This document shows, piece by piece, positions 53,818 through 64,000 of a DNA stretch of 64,000 nucleotides; position 1 is the first letter of the stretch; each line of letters opens with the position of its first letter. The position numbers were made by a program, and so were the translations under genes. A model generated the notes under the pieces. The model did not search any database. It was not told the origin of the DNA and saw nothing but the letters and a program-made list of their open reading frames with translations. Source of the stretch: Lingula anatina (Eukaryota; Animalia; Brachiopoda); assembly GCA_051362555.1 (NCBI GenBank), contig CM120640.1, positions 32,321,967-32,385,966 of the forward strand, read 5' to 3'.

Positions 53818-53917
53818 CACTGGCGGTTCCAGAGAGATTATTTTTTCTCTATCTCAGTGTCGCCTGGTGCCACCCGCATTCTCTCCACTCTGAATTAAGA
53901 TCCTCAAACCACCAGTG
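53818..53917. mobile_element. 100-bp MITE with 5-bp TSD
   Basis: CATCT|CACTGGCGGTT ... AACCACCAGTG|CATCT. Confidence 0.75.
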
Positions 53918-54083
53918 CATCTGAAAACATTTTTTTTTTATAAATCGTCCTCAATTAATGTGAGTTGAAAGTTCAAAAAAGAAAAGCACATTTTGTCAAC
54001 AGCTGGGTCAAATCGCAAGACTCTAGTAGTATATACATGTATGCCTTGTGTAAGGCCCAATCTCTTCTGGTTTACTTTTCTAT

Positions 54084-54733
54084 CAGGGCTGTAGCCTCCG
54101 GGGGCAGCTGCCCCCCCCCCCCCCCCCCTGGAATTTGAGGTGCAAAAAAAATCGGCCCTGATGAGGAAGACAACCTAGAAGTTGAAGTGGAAAAGTGGAA
54201 ACTGTTATTTAGTGATGTTCCTAAGGATATGTGGCCAAAGGATGCAGCAGCTGCTCTTATTTCCTGTGACCATGACTATTTCCCTGCACTTCGTAGGATC
54301 TTTACACTCTTCCTTGCAACACCAGTGGGCAGTGTTGCATGTGAGAGATCATTTTCATCCCTCTGTCGTCTGAAACTGTGGACACGCACAGGCATGGCAG
54401 AGGAACGCCTTAGCGGATCGGCTCTCTTGCTTGTCCACAGAGGAAGAAGCGTTATTCCTGATCCTGAGACAATCTACGAAATGAAGTCCAATTGGCGTGT
54501 TGTGTTGAAAAAATGACTGTACTTATGGCAAAATGAACCCACAATTTCTGACTTCTGATTGAGCAATAAATAACAGTTAAAATGCACCAGAATGCAGTAT
54601 TATACATTCAGTTTTGAAAAATTTTCCACACCCTGGGAGGGGGACACCCTCTCCGACACCCTCCCCCCTCGGGGGCTTCGCCCCCTCGTGTCCGCTTACT
54701 GCCCCCAGGCATTTTGCTCAGGCTACGGCCCTG
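54084..54733 (+). mobile_element. Internally deleted hAT transposon (650 bp) retaining the C-terminal dimerization domain, 5-bp TSD
   Basis: TCTAT|CAGGGCTGTAGCC ... GGCTACGGCCCTG|TCTAT. ORF 54187-54516 contains YFPALRRIFTLFLATPVGSVACERSFSSLCRLKLWTRTGMAEERLSGSALL, the hAT dimerization signature (ERSFS.L.R.K...R..M...RL). Confidence 0.92.
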
Positions 54734-57585
54734 TCTATATAAGCAAGACAGCGTTGTGCAGCGTGTAAACTGATACGATAATGACTGGGACCATTCCAAA
54801 CAAAGCGTGAAATGCTCAACATTAACAACCATGTATAGAGCAAAAATTAATCACGCAATGCACTGGACACAGAGTCGTTGCCGGTACATGTAGGTAGCAT
54901 GTGGTAGCTAAGATTGTTGTGTAATAAACCTGGTTTCACACAGAAGTCCATTTCACAACACGCACCATTACCATGGAGAGCGGAAATGCTAGCCATTGCT
55001 ACAAGGTATATGTATAAATGTGGAATGCATAACCAGAGTATGTTGGTCAATATGGAAGCTGCTTTAGTTATGGGGACTGGCATGATTTGTTAGAGAAACT
55101 ACAGAAAAACGCAATATCATTGTCTACATGTTTAATTTTTGCCCATCCATACTATCAAATGATAAACTATAAAAACAATTTATCTGATGGAAAATGTTTC
55201 AGGTTAATTGTGAATTATAAGAATATAATATGAGCAATTCATCCGGAGTGGGCATCGGATATACACAAAGCCTTAGGCCAATTGGGTATCCATCGATTAA
55301 ATGTTTGGTCAACATTTCTGAACCGAAAAAGGGAAGATATTAGACGAAATTATGTAATGATGAACACGAGATAGTACGACTGACTGAGAATTAAAATCGT
55401 TTGCCATAAGTGGGAAATGTGCACAGTCAAAGGCAAACCGCCATATGAGCGTGTAGGTCAAAATCCACCGATTGAGCTTGGATTTGAAGATAATAAATGC
55501 ATTAAAAAATACAGTATCCACTTGGATAGAATTCCTATGGACGTTTATAGCATTTAAAAGCCGGTTGGCAAAAACAATACATCTTAAGGGAATCGTTATG
55601 ACAAAAACACGATCTATAAACCATTTTAGTCGAATATTTATCCTTCTGAGACACTAGCGTGATAGAGATGGGTATTGGCGAATCTTACTCAGTACTCACG
55701 ACGGTTAAAAACAGCTCGAAAACGTGTTTATAGGTAGTACTTTAATCAATGGTTTTATATAGACTATATTTTGGTAATGAGGGCAAATTGCTGAAATTTT
55801 CAGAAAGTTTCTTTTTCGCTATATTCGTTAAACGACAGCGCATGCGCAGCAGCAGTTGGAAGGTTTGAAAGAGGCGTGCATGCTGCAAGATTTGTAGGCC
55901 CTAACAAATAACGGGCAATTAAAAACTTTATTATTTTATTTTCAACAAAAGTAATAAAGAGCGACATTATAGTTGCCAAAAGTCTATAACCATTTGTGAC
56001 TTTTGAGGAATTTATTGTGAAAGCTTTGTGTCTTATGCGGATAATGAATGGTATGTCACCTGGATCTAATAGATCTCCCTACCCTCTTCGCAAATGAAGT
56101 ACGGGTCTACAGGTAGTTTAGTGTGCAAAATGAACGTTATTAGCAAAATGCCATGTGTTGGGAATCTTAGAACGGCTATTTGCAGAAATTACTAGATAAA
56201 ATATATTTTTGACGACTGGAATGTCTAGCGTGATTTTTTTACCAGACTGGGCCAGATCTTACAAAAATCTACCATATTTCAAACTTATTCGTGAGACTTC
56301 GGTCTATTTCGGATTCTCCCCATTACACACGTATGTCTTCATGTTTCTTTATATTCTGAAGTGGGCCAGAAACGTAGCCAGATTGACTGGGTTTTGGTTA
56401 CCTGAAGTATAATGTAATACGTGATATAGCAGTTGACAAAGATACTACCAGTGAATAGAATGCACGTTTATGTTGATCGTCATCCAAGGAATTATATTTT
56501 CCTTGGTTGAAAACAGAGTGCGGTGCGAAACTTTAATGAGCAATAAGTTTCGGTCATAAAATTGAGTATTCTTCATGAACAAAATGTATCACTTTTGTTT
56601 TCGTACCTGTCGTTCTTAAAGTATGGAAAAAATCTCGACCTGATATAATTTCTTTGTATCTGGCTAACTTGCTGTGCTATTCACTAGAAGTGACAACACA
56701 CTGTGCACTTCAAGGAAACCTCTGACGATAAATGGCGCCATCTATATTTAGCAAGAGAACACTAGCACAAGACTGACATTGTGGTGAGTAGCACAGCGAA
56801 AAGATATAACCAACGTTGTAACCTTTAATGTATACTGCATTGCCGAGGATATAAACGTTCCTTTAAAGTGTACAGTCAACATATCGGATGTGTATTAGGA
56901 TGAATAAGAACATATTTTGCGTAGTTAAAGCCTTGAAACACAATCCCATGTACATGTACCCCTGTATTTTGAAACCCAACAGAATACGGATATCGTTGAA
57001 GAGCTACTCATGGGGCCATTTATAAACTTTTTCGCTCTTTAACTAAACTGAGATTTCGTGCTTGATGATGCCAAATGACTAATCGATCGTAAATGTCGAT
57101 ATTACAAAGTAAATAAGTACTTTGAAAGAGCCTCATTTTGCTCAAATTAGCAAGATATGCCATTTAATACGAAAGGCAAACTATCTTTGTCCTTTGCTTT
57201 CTGCCTTTAAATGACATGAAAAAGGCAAGGATCGTGTAGAGTCAATTGGTTATAATGTTTAACTAAGGTAGATAATGTGTTGGAAAATGAGGCGTACAAA
57301 AATAAAGACCCTATAACTCCCGCGCAAGATAGGCAGTTAGTGAAAACTAATTCAAATATCTCAGTTTGATTGCACAAGGGATTTAAGCCCATATTTGTTT
57401 TCTTCATTTCGTCATCTGAAAAATGAAATGACATTTTTAACGGAGCGACAAGATGTTCTCTTATTAGAAATCGTTGGAAATGGGTCGCCTTTGATCACCA
57501 GAGAGCCCTGCCGGGTCTTTCAATTCCATATAGCCTAATTCAGGCCTAATGAGACTTTTATTAAACGTCGCTCGCTGAATTCTAA

Positions 57586-57800
57586 GAGTGCATTCCCATA
57601 GATTTAGATCGATCCATCTAGATCGACCTAACTCCCTGGGGGTTCGCGCTAAATTGCTGTCAGCTGAGCTCACACGGTAGTTAATTACCCCCTTACAGCT
57701 TTTAGTAGGCGGGACACACATTTAAGCCGGTTAAGCTGACAGTAATCTAGTGAGACTCCCCACAGGGATAGATCGATCTAAAATCTGTGGGAATGGGGTC
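57586..57800. mobile_element. Palindromic MITE with TAA TSD (PIF/Harbinger-like), copy 2
   Basis: TAA|GAGTGCATTCCCATAGATTTAGATCGATC ... GATCGATCTAAAATCTGTGGGAATGGGGTC|TAA. Confidence 0.85.
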
Positions 57801-59346
57801 TAAGCTGTACGTAGCACCCAGAGAACCCCAACAAGTATAAATCATCTTTGTGTTGGTTTAAGATCAAAGACAAGGACGACCAGTTGATCGAGAGATTGCG
57901 AAGGCAATACCTGTCGGTCAGATTTCCCCACTGCAGTCTTCTAAGTGTTTGAATACATGAATCTGCTATAACATGGCTTCATGAGTGCATGAGGTCGATG
58001 TTTATTAGTACATAAAATATGGTACATCATTGCTGGGAGAACTTGATCAATGATATTTGCGTGTGTATAGTATTGTCTTTTATTTGATATAGATAGGAAA
58101 CGTAAATGAAGAGTTTCACCACAACTAATGGGAAACTCATACAGCGAGCCTTTAATGAATGTTCTTGTGAATGACATATTCACACCATACAATAGAACAA
58201 AGAACTGCATTGATAACGATTCACTAATCAGATAATACAAAACAAAATCCACACCACAATGCGACAGAGTTTGGATACATGCGACCGAAAAACATTGAAA
58301 ATACTTTATGTTCTCAAATTGTACTGATTTGTTTTTAGCACATAGAATCTTCTAAGAAATAAGCAAAACAGATATATGCCTTGACAGCCATGGGGTTAAC
58401 ACAAAAAATTAATAATTAAATGAAAATTGTACACGATAAATGAAATAAACTTGATTTGCGTTTCAAGAGTCAAAAATTACAATAACATAAATCTCCCCCC
58501 CCCCTTTCCAAGAAAAGGGGACTGATGTTGATGACAGTGTTGTCATTTCAATTTCAATGTATTAAACCTTTGAGCCCTACGGCTCATCAGAATATAAAAC
58601 AGTGACATAGGCAAACGTTACTCAGTACTTGGTAAGAACTGTGCTAAGAAACTGAAATCGGCTTTCGAATGTGAAATGGAACCAAGTACCGATACGTAAA
58701 GAATAGACTCTGCTGTTACATAATATTGTTACTCATTCATTAAAAAAAGTCACACTAAAACAGACCACACGGGTCAGAAAATCGACATAAACATTTACAG
58801 AGCATATCCGAAACAACCCTAACATGTATGTTCCCTTTCGGTCTACGTTAACTGGGCGTCAAGGCTCAAGTTCTGTTAAAATGCCTACACAGTTGGTGGC
58901 TTCAGAAAAGGAGAAGAATGATGGAATCCACACAAAATGTTAAAGAAACACCAAGTACATCAGAAGCATTCTCTTCTGGAAACGAACCCCATGTTTCACC
59001 ACAGGAGTATTAATCTCACGTTGCGCTTCGCCAAATATAGATGATTGCGCCGAGACAAAAAGACCCATAATGATAAGCAAAACGTATCTTATCAGCTGGC
59101 TTCTGCGAGTTTTTCAAAAGTTCTGCCAAGAGGTGTTTTTTAATGCGGAAATAATTTCCGTTTATATATGTGCAAGCTACGTGACCGTCAGTACGAAGTA
59201 CTGACAAGTTTGATGTTCAAGACGCTAGCCATAGCAGTAAGGCTAATACCAATTCCCTGTACATGTATCATTCAAAACATCTCAAAGACAACGGGTGGAG
59301 GGGCACCATCTGATGCTGTACTACATAGTGTACTACTGAAAAACTA

Positions 59347-59375
59347 CAGTGGGGTGACAAAAGTATTGCACCATT
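59347..59375. mobile_element. Solo Tc1-like terminal inverted repeat
   Basis: TA|CAGTGGGGTGACAAAAGTATTGCACC resembles Tc1-type ends. No partner end was found. It may belong with the transposase relic at 61093-61610. Confidence 0.5.
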
Positions 59376-59899
59376 TTGTTTGAAGGCAAACAATTGCTGG
59401 AATTCTTAGGTTTTTCAATTGGTATTTTGTTGAAAAGTGGTTATGTCAAGTTACTGTCTTAATTACAGGTTTACAGACGAGTGCTTAGCCCTAACGAAAC
59501 GCATATTATTTTGTCAGTATTAAACTTCGTAGGATAGTCTAGGCAAACTAAGCCATTTTGAGGCGGATCTGGAAAGTAATTGCAACAGTTTTTATTTTAC
59601 CACATTGCTTTCCTATGAAGTCTACAAAATGACGAACTAAGGAATCCCGTCATGGGCATTATGAAGAAATCATGATGGCCGTCAATGCTATAAGAAAATA
59701 TGAATAGAAGGGGTATATTAACTACAACCATTCAGAACAGCGAACCCACCGCCTACCCATCTCGGCCCCACGTGTGAGTAAGCTAGCGAAACATAAAGGG
59801 TCAATAATAATAAAGTAAAGTAGTTTTTCGGTTTTATTTATTTATTATTTTATATATTTTTACATCCTTATTGTACATGTTGTATATTTTGTTGAAAAC

Positions 59900-61050
59900 A
59901 AATTTGTATTCATGGGTATTTCAAGAAAAACAAGATGGCTGCCCTTTGCCATAGGAATACTGTTTCACGTGTTTGGGTTTCAATTACCACCAAAGAAACT
60001 AAGGTTCATAAAATTAAGTTTCTCAGTATTTGCCACATCTTTATACTTCCTATCATATTTTTCTCTTGGGTCACAAGTGTGTATCCTTGTGCATTTTAAA
60101 AAACCCAAGATGGTTGTCATTTGCCACAGGAATACTATGCTGATTCTCGGGTTTCAGTTACTTCCAGAGAAACATTGGGTTCATAACAAAATGTTAATTA
60201 AATTCAGTTTGTTTTTCAGTATTTGTCACATCACTATCGCCTCTTTGATATATATCTGGCGAATAACAACTGTGTATCCTTTGGTATTAGAGAAAATTCC
60301 AAGATGACTGCCATTTCCAAGAGAAATACTAGCACAAAGGTTTCAGTTACTACTAGAGAGACATACACGTATAGGGTCCATTATGAAATGAGTTGACGTA
60401 AGCTGATTTTCCAGATTTTTTCGTAGCCTTATTTCTTCTGTGATGTATATCTGGTGGCTAATAAGTGTACATTTTAAGAAAATCCAAGATGGCTGTCATT
60501 AACCGTAGGAATACTAGTAGATTGCGTTTCAATAACTGCCAGGGAGATATGTATTCAGTATCAAATTAGGTTTGCTTGTCATTGTTTTCTCACATTCTTA
60601 TTTTTCCTATGATAAACATCTGGTGTTTATCAAGTCTATACACTTGGATTTTATGAGAAAATTGCAAGGTGACTGCCATTTGTATTGGAAATACTAGTAA
60701 ATCCCCATTCACTTGCATTCCTAAAGCACATGTGAGCCAGCTTGCTTTTTTCTCATTATGCTCATAAATGTACACTTGCTACATACCAGATGTATTTCAT
60801 AGCCTCATGGGGTAATAGAAACATTGTAAACACCGAGAAACAGACTAATGCTAACTTATGTTCATATAATAATGAACTCTGTCTCTCTAGCTGACAGTAA
60901 TTGAAACCCATATACTAGTATTCCTCAGGAAAATGGTGGCCATTTTGGATTTCCTTAAAACACCAATGGATTGCACCATAAAATGCTTGTTCTCCACCAG
61001 AAAAAGTAGCATATGGGTATTATGGAAATGGCGACCATTTTAAGTTTTAT
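59900..61050. repeat. Diverged ~175-190 bp tandem array with inverted copies
   Basis: Anchor motif CAAGATGGCTGCCATT..AGGAATACTA at about 59931, 60106, 60300, 60485 and 60666. Inverted copies at about 60916-60952 and 61016-61045. An outlying direct copy at about 61673-61713. Confidence 0.8.
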
Positions 61051-61092
61051 TCAAATAGCTTAGAATACACAAATGCTTTCCAATCAAACTAC

Positions 61093-61610
61093 AGATTGAC
61101 TGGACTAGTCCATCCTGTTGATTTCATGTCGGTAAGGCCACTCTTGTGCAGCCATGGCCCTGTGGGATGTAGCGTTATCATCTTGCAAAATAAACGGACG
61201 ATTTCTGACACCAGGGATGTTTTCTACCGATGGTAAAAAGTGCTGGTCCAGAATTCCAATGTAACGGTCATGGTTTAGGTTTCAATTTATCGACACCAGT
61301 TCACCAATTCCGTAGAGACCAATGCACCATCAAACCATTATTAAATTGGACTGCCTTGTGAGGAAATGCACCTATTCTCTGGCATATAAGAACCGGATGA
61401 TGTTCTCAATGTTCTCACATGTCCCCTCACGTTGTTCACAGTAAAGATGGAATCGTCAAAAAATACAAAATGGCGCCAGTTCTGGCAAACGGTCGATGCA
61501 ATGGCTCTTGCAGCCCATGTCAATTTTCTTCGTCTGTTTAAAAGGTGATAAGTGCTTTCCCGCAGCATGGAGCCTACTTTGGACAGTTCCTTTGCTATTT
61601 CCAAGCTGCA
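61093..61610 (-). pseudogene. Tc1-family transposase catalytic-domain relic
   Basis: Minus strand gives WRHFVFFDDSIF (FSDES-like), MV*WCIGLYGIGELV, RYIGILDQHFLP, FILQDDNATSH, then MD*SSQS (WPSQS-like), where it is truncated. In-frame stops and a frameshift are present. Confidence 0.88.
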
Positions 61611-62754
61611 TGTTTTGACAACATAAAAAGACGTCTATATGTGTCCCAACAAACTTTCATAGTCCGTTCACAATTTAAGAAAATCCAAGATGGCTGTCAT
61701 AAACCGTAGGAATTTGTAATGAGGGACTCATAACTCCTTTGATTTGCCTATACTTACACATTGCAACGACAAATGTTAACGCCAATATTTTATATTTTCG
61801 AGGGTTTTTATTGTTTTAAATAAGCACAAAGACAGATGTATTGCAGAATATTTAGATGCAGGAAAAACCTAATTTTCGGTATCTGGATGATAATGAAGGG
61901 TTACAATTACTTTAAACCTCCGATGACACCCTTTATAGTCCCCCTTGTCACATAGCCCCCTATTCACACTTATGGTGCAATCCTTTTGTTATCCCTCTGT
62001 ACAAAACAAGAAACACCAAATTCTCAAAAACCCTCATACCAGTTCTTTTAAAAACGGATTCTAGAAACCTAAGATGTATTATGACACATCTTGAAAGTCT
62101 TGAAATTCGTAGAAAAAAAACGCTTCTTCTTAGTATTGCAAGAAGGTGCAAGAGGACAAGACACAACCCTAGGCCAAATAATAGATGTAAACATCGACGG
62201 TTATGGAATTGCACTTTGTTACACCGGCTACACATGCACAAAAGAATATGCCCCTTACTGGATGTGTTTTGTTCACTAATCTACGAGAAAGCGTGAACTT
62301 TCGGAAAACAAATGAGCCAACCTTAATTGCCCAAGATTGCGCATATGTTAACTTAATCCTTACTTAAGATAAAGGCAAAGAAATTCAAAGTAAGAATACC
62401 AGCACTAAACAGTACAAATCCTAAAATCAGACTGATCGAACAAAATGGATATCTACCGACAGCTAGGAAATCGAAAAGATAAGTCAGTACACTAACATAA
62501 GCCTACCAGGAGATATGGACTTAAAATTTCAGAGCATCACGGAATTCCCGCTCCCACGCTGAAACCAACTGTAATATCAAATTGATCTAAACAGAAGACT
62601 TGTCAAGCAGTGATTCGCATGTAGAACAATGTTCATTTGAAAGCAAATCTTTCACACAAACAATAAAGGGGTCGAGACCGCCAAGTCGCAGATGGTATTA
62701 TAAGAAACTTTTCGACATTCTTTTTTACTCGGGTGTCTTATTACGTTAATTCAC

Positions 62755-62755
<1 letters not shown>

Positions 62756-62795
<40 letters not shown>
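62756..62795. repeat. (TC)n microsatellite
   Basis: Direct inspection. Confidence 0.95.
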
Positions 62796-62797
<2 letters not shown>

Positions 62798-64000
62798 ACG
62801 CACACCCACCGAGCACGCAATCACGTACACGCGTGCACTCAGACACAGCAATGTATTTAGAAAATGTGCTATGGATAATCTTTTCTTCCTTGACAAAATT
62901 GAAGGAAACGTATCACCAAAGGAGAATGTCTTCGTTTCTGAAGAATTAAATTACTCGCCATGAATCCCGCTCCCACCCTCTGAGTCGAACCGAGATAATC
63001 TCATCAGAAAATATCTATCATTTTCTAAAATGGGCACAGCTAGTTCATGCTGGTTAAGACATGCTGCTCTGCAATAGTTTACCTTTTTAGTCTAAATGAG
63101 CCAATGGGACAATCGTATCTGATGTCAATTTGTATATTTCAAAAGAACATTATTTGTGTGATTCAAAAACGAGGATAGAAGTATACCGATATCCGCTTTA
63201 CGACAAAAGAGATCAAATTGCTGTAAAATCTTGCAAAATCACTCCGAAATATCACGCAGAGACAAATGTTTAAGATCAGAGACCACTCATTGCGACTGAT
63301 TTGATTTTGATGATCAAGTCTCTAACTTCACAGAGATTTAGCCTCTCAATGACGACGAAGTTTCATCGTCGATGATTATTGTTTCATTTATTACATTTCG
63401 TGACGAACGCCGGGGATCGAGTTTGAAAAGAAAATCGCCTCAGTGTAGAACAAAAACCAAGCCTCCCCTGTTTCTCAGAAACACTTCGCTTACCTCACTG
63501 CAAGAAATTGGTTGATTAATGTAATCAGAGAATTCGACTCTAGCGTGGCCTGACTCTGTTCTGTGTAACGTTAATTTTGATGAACGATGCATGCTGATTT
63601 CCTCGTGTACTTGTAAAGTTAAAGGTTAACGACAGTTTAAATCTCTGCCTGGCCCAAGGTCTCGAGGGTGAAAGGAATTAAAGGCAATTATGTTAACACA
63701 AATGTTATTATTCATTACATTTACCAGGCAACCAGCTGGGGGTGAGTTGGAGGAATTAAATGCCAAATACGCTGTACGTGTTACAAAAATATTATTTTCT
63801 GATATTTCAGAGTTCACTTTTTAAATTAATATATTCTACATAAAACATAGTTATTTTTAAAATTTTTAAGATTTTTAATCTTTTTAAAATTTAAAGACCA
63901 GATATCGAGAGCCTTACAATGCGTTTGAAACCACATTTTGATCACGTAAATAGTGATATTGCACCTGAATGGGGCACCTAGGAATCAGGACGCCGTAAAA

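Noticed and set aside
55663-55720. TAGAGATGGG hAT-like left end, and other solo ends at about 6841, 12523, 22941 and 28495
   Set aside because: No convincing partner end with a TSD was found, so element boundaries cannot be supported.
59900-61050. Regularly spaced conserved motif resembling a CRISPR array
   Set aside because: The period is about 185 bp, the inter-motif sequences are homologous to each other, the repeats are degenerate, the context is eukaryotic and no cas genes are present.
61960-62296. Three overlapping short ORFs that might indicate an exon
   Set aside because: No recognizable domain and no convincing acceptor/donor pair.

Overview
AT-rich eukaryotic genomic DNA from an invertebrate animal. 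A lophotrochozoan or mollusc is a guess based on the GPCR type and repeat style, and cannot be proven from this window. Only two convincing protein-coding regions are present: tandem, same-strand paralogous class A (rhodopsin-like) orphan GPCRs with intronless CDSs (14904-16199, 431 aa; 48343-49533, 396 aa). Each is preceded about 0.4 kb upstream by a strong splice acceptor and a leader rich in upstream ORFs. The rest is intronic or intergenic sequence full of transposon debris: a ~4 kb long-TIR Academ-like element with a nested Tc1 relic, two more Tc1/mariner relics, a hAT relic with a 5-bp TSD, an RTE LINE fragment interrupted by a MITE with a 9-bp TSD, Harbinger-like and Kolobok-like MITEs, a ~185-bp tandem array and microsatellites. 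The most unusual signals are (i) two copies of one MITE whose outer termini are swapped relative to an identically oriented core, (ii) a strong excess of the palindrome TACATGTA, probably transposon excision scars, and (iii) the non-canonical motifs and diverged ligand pockets of the GPCR pair. There are no prokaryotic features, rRNA, tRNA or CRISPR arrays. All alignments and counts were done by eye.
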